Assembly: GCA_028534125.1 (NCBI GenBank)
Contig: CM052832.1
Location: forward strand, 20,834,001 to 20,894,000
DNA: 60,000 bases
Direction of reading: 5' to 3'
Source of the DNA: Lama glama
Lineage: Eukaryota
The translations under genes were made by a program, and so were the position numbers. Each line of letters begins with the position of its first letter. Positions within the stretch are counted from its first letter, which is position 1. This document shows, piece by piece, positions 38,101 through 51,670 of this stretch. The notes below the pieces were generated by a model that did no database searches, was not told the origin of the DNA, and worked only from the letters and a program-made list of their open reading frames with translations.

Positions 38101-41100
38101 ATAATGTATGTTGCTGGGATTATACCACTGCATTTGGAATCATTGAAGAAAGACCAGAATTTATGATTAAGCCATTGGATGGCAGGGTACTATTTTAACC
38201 ATAAAAATCACAATCTGCAAGGATAGTGGCCAAAGCAGAGTAACCATTAAAGACTGATAATTAGCATTAATCAAGGTGACATGACTTGACATCTTTATTA
38301 CTTTAAATACACTAATCAAATACTTCTGCACTGACATGGAGAGAATGACAGGAAGCTGGGCATAAAAAACATCCCTATGGAGAACCATCTAAACTGATCT
38401 GTTCCAAAGGTAACAAGAAAACCATAGGTGTTGGTCAAGTGGGATCCAAACACGCAGCTCTGAAATGGAAAAACTCAAAATGGACCTACTGGGTTGGCAG
38501 CGTTTAAGTGGATGCTTTACCACCAAGCATTCCTCCAAATAAACACATATTTGTGTGTCCCTTCTGTGCAAGCCACCAGATGTGCTTAATTTGGATGAAA
38601 AAAATTACTCAGAGTAACATAAGCTTCAGGCTACTCTGCCAGGTAAATAAATAGCCCAGCACTCCAGCCCAGCATTTGCTTTCTAGCCCTTTCCTTGCAC
38701 GTGTACGTGGAAATGGAAGAAAAAGGGAGACCTGAACTTGGTACTATTTACCTAGTTCCAATAGGGGCTGTCAATACTATCTAACTGCATCAGTGCTCAA
38801 TTTCACACCACACAGATTCTAAAATATGATGCTATTATTACTGCTCATATAAATATTTCAGCCTTAATGAACTAGAAGCCGCTCACCCTCTTTGCCACCC
38901 CTTGGGCCCATATGGCATTCTACCTTAATGACTGCAATTTTTTTAAAAAGCACTCTTCACCTATTTACAGTTTCTGGCTGTTCAATGTTCACATGCTGAA
39001 TCCTTGAGGTTAAGGGAATAGAGAACAAAGAAAGCATGTGAAGTAGTTTTCAGACAACAGTTGGGCCTGGCATCCATTCAGAATTAAGGATGAAAATTTG
39101 GCAAGGCATTTCCCAAGGGGGTAACGGCATTTTTGCCAAATGAGATTATAATGGCAAAGATGTTCACAATGAAGATGGCGAGCCCTGACAATCATTTTGG
39201 CTCCAAAGTTCAACCTCATTTATAGGTTCCTTAATTGGTGTATCCGTCACTAGGTTCAAAATATGTATTATATTTTCTCTGAATAATATACCAGCTTTTA
39301 AAAAAAAAAGTGTATGTCCATCAAAAACTGGGCAGAGAAGAGTCAATGGAAATCCCCCACTGCTTCTCTCCAAGCAATGAAGAAAGGACTGAGGAAAGAG
39401 GACGAGTGTCAGCACAGAAACAGCTGTAAGGAACAAATTACTCAAAATATACTGCCCAAAAGTCACTGAAAGAATAGCAGCTACCTCAAACCCAGTTCCA
39501 TTTTTAATTTCATGGTTAAGGGGAGAAGATTTTTCCAATATAGCGTAGTAGCCTTACAGATGCAAAGCAAAAAGTGTTGCAATCGAGCTATTGAAAAATC
39601 CTGCTAGTTTCAGCCAATATTCATCACATCGCTCCTTCTAAAACAGTATGCTGCAATTTCCAAGAGGTCCCAGTACCCCAACCTTCTCTCAAGTAATGAC
39701 AGAAAACTCTTCTGGCTCTTAGATAAACAGCAGCCCATTTCGTTTAAGTAAGTTTTTACAATTTGCCAAGTTATCTTCCACACATTAAATTTGGCATCAT
39801 CCCTGTGAGGTAGGTACAATTATTTCCATGGTACAGACGAAGTCACAGACTGAGTGAAAAGTTAAGGGTCCTTGCAATGAGCACCTGCTGACTCAATACC
39901 TTGTTCCCTACACTGTGCTGACCCTGAATAGCCTTCAAATGTTCCATAACTTTATTAAAGAGGGAACCACAAATTCTAGATGATGACTACCTATAGCAAA
40001 GACAAAATTTTTAAGAGTCCTTTTAGCAAGAGAAAGCTCTCAACAGAGAACCAGTAAAATGCACAACAAACATGAGAGAATCCTTCTAGTCTGAACATTG
40101 GTTTGCTTTATTTAGAGATTGGTCATCTTTCTACCCTACTCCAAGATTTTGTTTTTCACTCTGAAGAGTCATTTGATTCTCACTGACGCACAAGACAAGG
40201 AGGAAGGTTGTGTAATATTGTATGAGGCTGACCTTACCACTCATGGAAAAATTGCCAGCCAGACACAAAGTGTCAGCTAATAATGAGTCAGGGATAGGCC
40301 CCACAGTATCAAAGACCTTTATGTTGAATCTGTAACAAAGGAGCTTGGTGTAAACAAGACTCCAGGGCTGGGAAATGACACAAGAGGAGGACAGGCACTT
40401 CCTCAACGGAGGACATGGTTTTTGCCAAAATTTACTGAAGTGTGTATGCAATCCTTCCAAATAGACATGACTAGGGAACTCGTATCAATATGTTCTATGT
40501 CCTAGATTCAGATGTGGAAATACGTGAGGCCGGGGAAATTCTCTCTCTTCCCCTCCTTAAATAGTTCAAAGCTATTTACAATTTCCAGTTAATGCCCTTT
40601 TTATGTCAGAAAGAGGGAAAAAAGATGACACCACTGAAAGAGCTAACTGGAAATTGGAGAGCCAAAGAGAAAAGATCACTGCATGTAAAATATATAATAG
40701 ATAAAAAGAGAACTCTCTTCTAATAATGGCAGAAGTAGGCTCATTCTAAGCACATCACTACGTGCCCTACTCCATTCTCCTTCCCGATACTCCAGGCATC
40801 TCTTAGGTTGTGCCTCCATCTATAACTCAAGTTACATAACTTCAGTCCTGAGCTTACTACATAATTCAATCCATGACAATTAAAGTGGGTTTTTTCTTCA
40901 ATTTTTAAAATTACAGGTAGAGGTATTTTTGGTTATATTTATAAGTTGCAAAATAGAGCCATTATCAGTAGAAAAAATGAGCTGTGGCTATTGAGAATAA
41001 TGACTTAAATATATAATATGGAAAACTGTGATAAATCAAACGGGCTTATCCGTAGAGAGGGCTGTCCAATCTAGCCAAAAATATTTCAACAAGTCATTTT

Positions 41101-41467
41101 AAACTGTACACATGTTGTGTTGTCATTTTTCTACAGTGCTGGATAAAGAGATTTAACTTATTCAACTTAAGCATTTTTTAATTAGTTGTCCTCTGTATCA
41201 AATAGTGATTATTACAAGTATGTAGCCAAAGGTGCACAAAAATAGGGATTTGCTCCTCTTGCCTTCTTTCATCAGTGATAATAAAGCTGGGCGGCAAAAA
41301 CTCTGCTTGGTGTGAAGACTCTAAAAATATGAATATAACAAGAAATTCCAAAGGAATTTAAGAGGTGAATTTACAACACTCTAATGGCAAATTTGGTCTG
41401 ATTTAGCAAATACAAGTTATACAGAAGGACAATGCCTCAATAGTGAGAGCAAGAAATTGCCTCAATA

Positions 41468-41967
41468 NNNNNNNNNNNNNNNNNNNNNNNNNNNNNNNNN
41501 NNNNNNNNNNNNNNNNNNNNNNNNNNNNNNNNNNNNNNNNNNNNNNNNNNNNNNNNNNNNNNNNNNNNNNNNNNNNNNNNNNNNNNNNNNNNNNNNNNNN
41601 NNNNNNNNNNNNNNNNNNNNNNNNNNNNNNNNNNNNNNNNNNNNNNNNNNNNNNNNNNNNNNNNNNNNNNNNNNNNNNNNNNNNNNNNNNNNNNNNNNNN
41701 NNNNNNNNNNNNNNNNNNNNNNNNNNNNNNNNNNNNNNNNNNNNNNNNNNNNNNNNNNNNNNNNNNNNNNNNNNNNNNNNNNNNNNNNNNNNNNNNNNNN
41801 NNNNNNNNNNNNNNNNNNNNNNNNNNNNNNNNNNNNNNNNNNNNNNNNNNNNNNNNNNNNNNNNNNNNNNNNNNNNNNNNNNNNNNNNNNNNNNNNNNNN
41901 NNNNNNNNNNNNNNNNNNNNNNNNNNNNNNNNNNNNNNNNNNNNNNNNNNNNNNNNNNNNNNNNNNN
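41468..41967. other. Assembly gap (500 N)
   Basis: 500 N, lying about 50 bp from a long purine microsatellite. Confidence 0.97.
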
Positions 41968-42013
41968 GACACAATATGATCTCTGTGAAGCTCTAAGTCT
42001 AAAGAAACTAAAT

Positions 42014-42051
42014 AAGGAAAGAAAGAAAGAAAGAGAAAAAGAGAGAGAGAA

Positions 42052-42105
<54 letters not shown>

Positions 42106-42172
42106 AAGAAAAGAAAAGAAAAGAAAAGAAAAGAAAAGAAAAGAAAAGAAAAGAAAAGAAAAGAAAAGAAAG
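42014..42172 (+). repeat. Compound pure-purine microsatellite (GAAA)n-(GA)n-(AAAAG)n
   Basis: About 159 bp containing only A and G, ending in roughly 14 AAAAG units. Confidence 0.95.
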
Positions 42173-43659
42173 CAAGCTCTCCGCTCAGCATACAATTTGA
42201 CTCATTATTGCCTTTTATTCATGGTCACTGCCAAGGCTCCATTAGGAGGATTTACCCAGCCTCATCTGTTTACTCCAATCTGGTTTCAATCTAAAATGAA
42301 GAGAGTCACTTGTAAAGCAGCAAATTCATGTACACATTTTTTTAAAAAAACGAGTATGCGCTGATAGCTCAGAATTCAAAAACCTTTTCCTTTCCCTTTG
42401 GAAAGACTAGCAATTTCATGAAACTGTTTTTTAATGCTTTGGTAGAAGATATTATAGTTATTGCATTCAAAATGTTATCATTAGTCCAAATTTTAATCAT
42501 GTGGTATCCTTAGGAATTCCAGAAGATGACAAGATGTTCAATAATTTAGACAAAAATATTTGGTTTAAGGATCAAGACACGGACTGTCTATCTCTATTTC
42601 TCACTTCCTTGTATGATTTTGTGCAGAAAGAAGGACTTTGGGGAAACTGAGTTATATATTTCAAAAGCAGGTAAACACCTATGCAACAATACTATTTCCT
42701 AATTCTGCCACTTTGATCTTGAGAACAAGCTGACTCCCGGGTCCTGAGGAACCTGTGCACAGTGAAACAGAGAGGACATTTTCTCTCAAGTGCTTTTACA
42801 GACCCACTGGCTGCCTCCTATCCTTATTGTTAGTCTTTAACCATTAACTTGTCACAATGACCAATAGCTGGTCCAGCTCTGCATCAATTCAGAGATGAGT
42901 TGGGATGCCGAACACAGTACTGGAGCCCACAAGCTGCGAGGACAAACTGACAGTCCCTGACAGTTTCTGCCTGGGCCAGGATCTGAACCAAGATGCAGGG
43001 CAAACTCCCATCTGCTGCCCATCTGCCATCCTGCCCCTATCAGAAAACGTTATACCATGAACCACAGACAGATGGGCATTGCAAAGATCTACTAGGGGAA
43101 AAAAGAGAGGCCTGAGACGATTAGAATAATGACCTTTGATTCAACACAGAAATCCTAGTATGATGAAAATCATGCATAATTTCAAGGTCTTTTAATTGTC
43201 TAAGACAGATATTGGGTCTTTTGCCAATATTAAAAAAAAGATAAATAAAATGTGCATATTCCATGTACTAAATATATCATGTACTAAGTAATATGTACCT
43301 AAAAGCAAAGATGAGTTAAGAATCTATCTATATAATGTATGTATATGTGTGTGTATATATGTGTTTGTGTGCATATACAGAATGTCTTCACTCGAACTTG
43401 TTTTTCTCAATGACCTATTGGTGAAGTTTAACATAATGATATTAAATAAATCAGAAATCTTTTACAGGTTTTTGGTAGTGTGTATTTTCGTCAAGAGTCT
43501 ACTCTGTATAAACAGGAAACTGGGAAAAGCCTGCTCATGTATTAAACCAGACTTAAGACATAAAGGGTATAGTAAACTCCTGCGTTAAAGCTAAGTGTGT
43601 GTTATGTTTCCATAGCAAAGATGACTTTTGCAAGGCAAATAAACACTCCAGACAAAAGG

Positions 43660-43860
43660 TAGTTATTCAGTTCACTCAATATATAATGTGTACCTACCAT
43701 GTGCCAGGCAAAGTGCTAGATGCTAGGAACAGAAGAGTAAGTCACAGATGGTCTTTGTCTCCAAGGAGCTTATGGTCTCATAGGGAGATGGACACATAAA
43801 CTGCTTATCGTATACTAACTACAGTGAAACAGCGTAACAGAGAAAAGATACAGAACCATG
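43660..43860 (-). mobile_element. L2 3' remnant
   Basis: TTCAGTTCACTCAATATATAATGTGTACCTACCATGTGCCAGGCAAAGTGCTAGATGCTAGGAACAG...CAAGGAGCTTATGGTCT. Confidence 0.8.
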
Positions 43861-44239
43861 TGGCTGGTCCTTGGGGTGGTGAAATAGTCATATAAACTAT
43901 TTGGAAAAAAAGATAAGAATTTCATATGTGGTGCATTTTAGTTTTCATATGCATCTAATAGATTAACAGAATTTATTTTTTCTTTATAGTTTGTACAGCA
44001 GAATCAAATATGGACCATCCATGTTTTGAAAAAAGGGAAAATAGTCTTTCAAAACGTGTTACAGTCTCTTAGTGTAATTTTTACATCTTGGGACCAGTTT
44101 TTCATTTTATAGCAGAATATCTTCTACAAATTGACACAAAAAGAAATTCAACAAATTGCTATATTCAAAATAATTTATGATGAACTTATATAATATGAAC
44201 AATGTAAACTATATCCACAAAATTATGAGTACAAGTGAG

Positions 44240-44625
44240 ATCTAAGTACTTCTATTCATAGTAGCCCCAAAATGGAAGCAAGCAAGCAGGAGAAAAATGG
44301 ATAATCAAGCTGGGGCATACTGATAAACTGAGTACTCCTAAACAAAAGAAATGAAAAGACTACTGATGCACACAATATATATGCATCTGAAAACATCATG
44401 TATAATATATTTATATGACATTTAAGAACAGGCAACTAAGATGTGCTGGACAAAGATCAAATGTGATTAACTCTGGTTGGAAGATACCGAAAGGAAAAAA
44501 GTTTCAGGGATGAGAGAAATGTTCTCTATCCTGACCTGGGTTACATATATTAAAAATGTATTTGTGCAAGCATTACACAAGATTTGTGTGTTTTACTGAA
44601 TGCTAATTAGATCTTAATTTTTAAA
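44240..44625 (+). mobile_element. Ancient L1ME-type 3' end
   Basis: TATTCATAGTAGCCCCAAAATGGAAGCAA...ACTACTGATGCACACAA...GGGATGAGAGAAATGTTCTCTATCCTGACCTGGG. Confidence 0.7.
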
Positions 44626-45679
44626 ATGCAAAACATCAAGGTAATCTGATACAACAGAGATTAGTCAGGTAAATAATCTTTAAAATTCTGGTCGCCATAT
44701 AAGAAAATATCTAACTAAACAGTGCATTTTACAAATAAGATAAATTCAGAAAATTGCTATTTTTATACCCACAATTTCAAGAACCCCACCAGAATAATAA
44801 ATGCTTGGAAAGCGCCGATTAGGAAATTCTTTCACCTGAACTGTCATGTGCTACTTAACTGAGCCCTATTTAAATAACTTGATCTAATTCAGGGTCAGAA
44901 GGGTTTCTTAAGGATATGGAAAAATCTTATGCTTTATCATAAATCCATACATTATTTTTTTCAACCACAACGTAATTTCATTGTTACATTAAATGGCCTT
45001 GCTGCCCTCAGTCTTCATTTCCTTCTGAGTCACTAAATGATTACCAAAAAAAGTAGAAATACATAACACACAATTCCCATCAGCCTCTTATCATTCTGAG
45101 AAATGAAAAAAAGAATATTGGAATATTGTACTATTTCCAAAATACACATCATTCAGAAATAATAACTTGTCCTTTGATTTTTATATTTTATAAACTTTGT
45201 ATTTCATAAAAAAGGTGATCTATTATACACATTTCACAACAGGAAATACTGTCACCAACATTAATTCCTAAACTCTTTAATTAAAATAGATGTAAATCAC
45301 CACAAAGAATTGATCCTAAGGAGGAGCTATACCAGTATCTAAAGAATTAGTTGTGCAGTAAAGTAATAACACCACTTTAATTTATACAGATTTTGACTCT
45401 GATAGCTCTAAGCACTTTACATATGTAATCGATTTTATATTTAATAACTCAGGGGAGGAAGGAAACAGTATTATCTTCCATGTCCTTGAAATCACAGTAT
45501 ATGCAAAGAATAGCTGGACTGTACAATCTAAAATATAATAGAAACTATATTCTTCAATTGTGTGTGTGGGTAATGGACACAATTTGACAATCACTTCTGC
45601 TCTACTTTACACAGCTTACACATGAAGAGAATTTAGTCACAATGGTTTGGCTAAGCTTATTGGGTAAGCCCAGTATCAC

Positions 45680-48540
45680 CCATTCCTTATGCTGATTACA
45701 ACTAAAAACTTTAAATTTTACACACACACACACCTCAACCACCTGGGAACTCTCAAAAGCTGGCAGATTATGGAAGAGTCAAAACTTGGCAAAGTGACCT
45801 GCCTAGTGATGGCTCTCATTTGGTTTTCGCTTTTATGTTTTCTCTCATGCAGTGTGACTCCAAGGGTAAAATCCCCGGTTGCAACATGGTGAGCAATGGC
45901 AGTTGCACGAGTAGATAAACCCTGTTTTTCTGGCAAGATAAATCAGAAATAAGGATTCTTGCAGGCCAGAAAGTTCGGGGAGACTCTTAAGAGATGAAAA
46001 AGTGAAAGACAGGGATCCCTGAATTCTATGCAGCAAATATCACCTTAATTCCTGAGCTAAGCATGCATGACACCAACTCAAATGAGAGTATCAGAGGCTT
46101 CGATGGCCGCAGAGAGATGTGAGCCTTCCATACAAGTCTCACTCTAATCTGAGTGCACATGCACCAGGAAAACTCAAACCAACACAGCCAAGGCTCAGAG
46201 AACCAGATTAAGACCGGAACCACCTCCCAACAAAGGTGAGAAACAACTTACAGTCTGAATCTGACTGGCTTAACTGCCTACTAAAATAAGTATCATTCTC
46301 CAGATGGTTATAATAGGAGTATTATAACAGACTCTAGCCAACAGAATATTCACAATAGCCAGAATACAATCTGAAACCATGCAGAACCAAGAACATGTCT
46401 CTTCTCAGGGGGGAAAAGAAAAGAATCTAGGTGATGAAATCAAAGACATTTTAAGCAGCTATTTTAACTATGCTCCATGGGGAAAGGAAAACACTCTTGA
46501 AATAATGAAAACGTAACAATCCCAGAGAAAAATAACTTAAATCAGGAAATTTTTGGAAGCGAAAAATACAGTGTTTAAAATGAAAAACTCACTGAAGGAA
46601 CCCAATAGCAGTATGGAAATGCAAGAAAGGACCAGGAACTTCGAAAAAGATCAACAGAAATTATCCAATCAGAAAAACAGGGTGAAAAAAAGAAGGAAAT
46701 ACATGAAAAGAGCCTTGGAGACCTATGGGACAATTTCCACAGATTTAACATATGTAACGGGACCACCAGAAGTAAAAGAGAAAGAAAAAAAATTAATAAA
46801 AATTATACACAGGGAAATGGGTTAAAATATTGAAGATTTTCATCTGAAACCATGGAGGCTTGATTTAACAATGTGCATGTGAAGATTATTATTAAAAGTT
46901 AGTTCTATAATGATATATTAGTGGCAAAAAATGGAAAAGAATTTTTCAATTCCTTTTACAGGAGTGGGAAAACAAGAACATCTAGGAATAAGCCCAGGAA
47001 AAGATATCCAATACCTTACACTACAAACTCTGAAATACTGCTTTATTACATAACACATAAATAAATGAAGAGATGCACCATATTCATGGATGGCAATTCT
47101 CCCCAGACTGATATATAGATTCAATGTAATTCCAAACAAAATCAACCAGGCTTTTTTTGTCTTTTGGTAGAAACTGAGAACATGATTCTAAAGTTAATTT
47201 GGAAATACAAAGAACTTAGCTAAAAGATGGAGAATTTGCTTTCATAATTTAAAGATACACTATAAAGCTACATAATGAAGGATGTAGGTTACTGGAAGAA
47301 AGACAGATATAGATCTACAGAACAAAACAGACTGTACAGAATTAGATGCACATATAACATGGTTAGCTGATTTTTGATTACCATGTCAAGGCAATTCAAT
47401 GGTGAGAAGAAGATCTTTTCTTCAAATGATGCTGGATCAACTGGAAATCAAAATTCTTACCTCACACTCAACACAAAAACTGACTCAAATCATAGACCAA
47501 AATGTACAACCTTAAACTATAGAACTCCAAAAAGAAAACATGAGAAAATATTTGTAATCTTATGGTAGTTTCCGTAGACAGAATGAAAGCAAAAAATACA
47601 AAATATTAAAGCTAAAATTGGTAAATCAGACTTCATCAAAAATTAAAACTTTCGTTCTTAGAAAGACACCACTTTAAAAATGAAAAGGCAAGCCACATTC
47701 AGGAAGGAAATTTTCTCAACACAATCTCATCATCCAACAGATGAAGAACTTGTATTCTAAATACAGAAAGAACTCTTGCAAATTCAGTAAGAAATAACCC
47801 AGTTTAAAAAAATAGACAAAAGATTTAGACAGACACTTCGCAGAAGATATGCCATCAACCAAAAGTGCATGAAAAGATGTAAACAAATCAGTCGCCAGAG
47901 GAAAGTAAATTAAATACACAATGAGGTTACAATACACATCTATCAGATTGGCTAAAATTAGAAGACTGACCATACCAAGCACTGACAAGTATTTTGAACA
48001 ACATGAACTCTCATTCACTAATGGTGGAAATCCAAAATGGTATTACCACTTTGAGAGCTTCATAAATGTTAGGCATACACATATGTAACCTAGCCATTCC
48101 AGTTATAGGTTTTTACCCACGAGAAAGGAAGATACATATCCACACAAAGATGTGGCCATTTTGTTTGTAAACAGACACTAACTGAAAATACGCCAAATGT
48201 CCAACGCACAGATGGACAAGCCACCCACATAATGGAATACTACTAAGCAAAAAGAAAAAAGGAAGAAAATTCTTATATACAATTCTATTACATAAAATTC
48301 TAGGGGATGTAAACTAACTTATGTGGGAAAAAAGGCAAGTCATTGGTTGCCCAGGGATGAAAAGAGGGAGAGATTGCAAAGAAGCTCTGAGCAAGAGATT
48401 GACGGAAATTTTCTTCATCTTGATTGTAGTGATGGTTTCACCGGTGTATGAAGGTATCAAATTAGACCAAACTATAATTAAATATGTGAATGAAGTTCAC
48501 TGTACTTCAATTATACCTCAATCGATATATAAAATATATA
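45680..48540 (+). mobile_element. Ancient LINE-1 (L1MC/MD-like): 5' region, ORF1 remnant, 3' part of ORF2 and 3' UTR
   Basis: ORF1-like A-rich remnant 46400-46860 (ORF 46553-46825). ORF2 3' motifs include CCATATTCATGGATGG, ATATAGATTCAATGTAATTCC and ATGAAAAGGCAAGCCACA. 3' UTR TCTTGATTGTAGTGATGGTTTCAC...TCAATTATACCTCAAT. Confidence 0.8.
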
Positions 48541-50099
48541 TAATGCTTCTGCATTAAAGCTACGAAACACAAACATAACCCCAAATTAAAAAAGCTGCCA
48601 ATACACACCTGCCTTCAAGAAATTTCATTTAGCCTCTTTTACCTCAAAACGGTTTTTGGCTTTTTAAGGATAAAAAAATAATGTGTTTGAAAAGATGCCA
48701 TTATATTTAGTTAGAGTGTTGCCTAAATCCTATTATTTCAAAATGCAATACTGTACAGTGTTTTTATATCCTTTTTATCAACCATGTCCCAGTGGAATAT
48801 CTACAATTGAAATAGTGAATCTTTTAACGTATTACATATATTGACTATTACACTTAAGAATAATCTAGAAAAAGGTCCAGCATACTGATCAGGGTATTAA
48901 ACAAAAATGATGAATTTCACCAAAGGGACCACTTCCCTACAGATAAACTATTATCTACATATGGCTTTCTAGTTACAAATTTAACATAAAATCTGAGTAT
49001 ATATGTTAAAATCCACAAGACTTTTTTATTCTCTAAGAAAAACTATGCACACAATATTTACGTCTATCTTAAGAAATATCACTACCACCAACACTCTGCA
49101 TTCCTATGGTACATTTATCTTGGAGTGCTTTCATAGCGATTGAATGGAGGTAATTATGATGGGGCAATTACACAAACCTGTAAGTCAGGAAAAGACTGTT
49201 TTAAGGCATGGGCTTTGCTTCTATCAAAGCTCTGTTACCCTGAACAAATCAGTAGGCTTCAATTTTCTCACCAATAAAACAAGGAGGTTGGGTTTGAGTA
49301 TCTTTCAACTCTTTCAACTCTGCAATTTGCTTTATTTTTATCCTCACACTAATAAGGAGAGCAAGATCAAAGGATGGCCCTGAGAAAGGTTAGGGGAGTT
49401 ATACAAAGTCACAGGACTCATTAAGGTCAGACCTGGGATTAGAGTCCCAGTCACTGCACACCCAGCTCTGCACTGTTTCCATGGCCACAGGCTGCTCTAA
49501 GCAAGCCTGCCAGAGGCCGTCCTCTGAACAGAAGACTGACTTATCACCTCCAAGACTCCACTGAATTTTGGCTTGAATTAGGGAAAAAATACATACAGGC
49601 TTGGTTTTATAATTCTAAGATACTTGGAATTTTATTTCTGTATCTAAAATTCCCAGTGTAAAAGCGCAGGAGGAAAAGTAATTCTTTGAGAAAGAAGACT
49701 TATTTTATAACTGATTACATCTGAATACTTATATTTAGATGGGTATTTAGTTAAGGTGTGTTCAATAACCTGACTACTACTGCCATCATTTCTCTCAAGA
49801 ATATCTTTTTTTAAAAAAGGTCAGTTGATTAAAGACTTAAGAGTAGCCACAGGGCTTCAGAGGAAAGCAGGTTTCATGCCTACTCTCATTTTAACGGATG
49901 GGCTCTGGGCGTTTGGACTTGGAAAGTGGTGCAGTGAGACCAGAAGAATACCGATTGCAGGATTAGAGGCCCCTGCAATTTAATACCAACTCTATCGTTT
50001 AACAACTCTGGATTTTGAGGAATTAGATTTCAGTGCCTTAGCCTGTAACTTAAGATCTTTTCTAACTTTGGACGCTGAAACAGAAAACCTGCCTTCTCC

Positions 50100-51450
50100 C
50101 CCAATACTCTATTATGAAATTTTCATATATACAGAAAAATTGAGAGTTACACAATCAAAACCCACACTGGCTCCACCTAACACCTAGAGTCAGATTTCCA
50201 TCCCTCTATCTTTTACTCAATCTATCTTATGTTTTTAATTCAAAGTTAGTTGCAAATGTCAATACTCTTTACCTCTAAATATGGTTTCACTCAGCATGTA
50301 TGAGACAGACTTCAAAATCCTTATAGCACCTGATAACATACAGTGAGATACATAAAATTTAAATGTACCATTTAATAAGCTTTGACAAATGTGTGCACCT
50401 GTGTAACACAAACCTCCGCCAAGGTAAAGAGCATCACCATCAGCCCCCAAATTCCCCTCATGCCTCTTCCTGATCAATTCCTGCCCCCACCCCTTCTGTT
50501 CTCTTTGCATCATAAATTAATTTCACCTGTTTAAGGACTTCATATAAATGGAACCACACAGGAGATACCCTCTCGTGCAAGGTTTTTCACACAGCATAAA
50601 GGGTTTTCAGGATTCATCTAAATTGCTGCGTCAATCAGTTTGTTCTTCTTAAGGCCCAAGAGTATTCCACGTAGGAAACCCTCCCCTCCTCACGAACAGC
50701 TGGGTTATTTCCCCTTATGGTGATTCTAAATAGAGCTACCATGAAAAATTCTTGGACATGTCTTTTTGTGGACATATGTTTTATCCTTGGAAAACACCTA
50801 GAAGTGAAGGTGCAATCAACCATGTCTTCTATAAATACGGAGAGTTGTACTGCTCCCTTTTCAATCTGTATTTCTTTTCTTTTTGTCCCGTTATACTAGC
50901 TAGGACCTCCAAAAGAATAATAACTAAAAAAGGTGAGTGCACACCCTTGTCTAGTTACCAGTGCTAGGGTGAAAACATTCAGCATTTTACCATGAAGTAT
51001 GATCCTAGCTGTAGATTTTCCACAGATTCACTTTATCAAATAAAAGTTCCCTCATTTCTACTTTTCCCAAGTTTTTACCATAAATAGGTGTTCCATTTGG
51101 TCACATGATTTTTCTGTATTTATTTATGTCATCATATGATTTTTCTCCTCTGTTTTGTAACTTTGGTGAATTACGTAGATTAATTTTCAAATGCTTAACT
51201 TTGCACTCCAGTGATAAACCCAACTAGTTTGTGATATGTCATCATTTTTATGCACTGCTGCATATTTACTTCACAGTATTTTGTTAAGAGCTCTACTTTT
51301 TTAAAAAATGTTGTTTCTCATCAGGATTACAATAGCTACATAAAATGTGTTCTCACTTCCTCTCTTTTCTGCAAGATTTTGAGTAGCAGTGGTGTTACTG
51401 CTTCCTCAGTTGTTTGACAGAATTCACCAGTGAAACCATTTGGGCCACAA
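50100..51450 (-). mobile_element. Ancient LINE-1 fragments, antisense to +
   Basis: TTTTGACAAATGTGTGCACCTGTGTAAC-like 3' UTR start, CATATAAATGGAACCACACAG, and ORF2-antisense GAATTCACCAGTGAAACCATTTGGGCC. Confidence 0.75.
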
Positions 51451-51459
51451 CATGGTAGT

Positions 51460-51670
51460 TGTGGATAATCACTGTATCCAAGGCACTGTGTAAGGTATTT
51501 TATTTGCATTATTTCTATCTATAAAAGCAGTTCAAATGATATAACACTTCATTTTATACTTGTCAAAATTGAGGGTTGACAGAAATTAAGTTACTTACCC
51601 AAAGACATGTAGCTAAAATGTCAGATATAAACTTGCAGGTACAATTAGCTTTAAAGTTTTCACTGTACCA
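51460..51670 (-). mobile_element. MIR SINE remnant
   Basis: CAAGGCACTGTGTAAGGTATTTTA...CATTTTATAC...AAATTGAGGG...TTAAGTTACTTACCCAAAGAC. Confidence 0.6.

Noticed and set aside
41403..42195. Long ORFs of 170-262 aa
   Set aside because: They consist of the N gap plus microsatellite translation.
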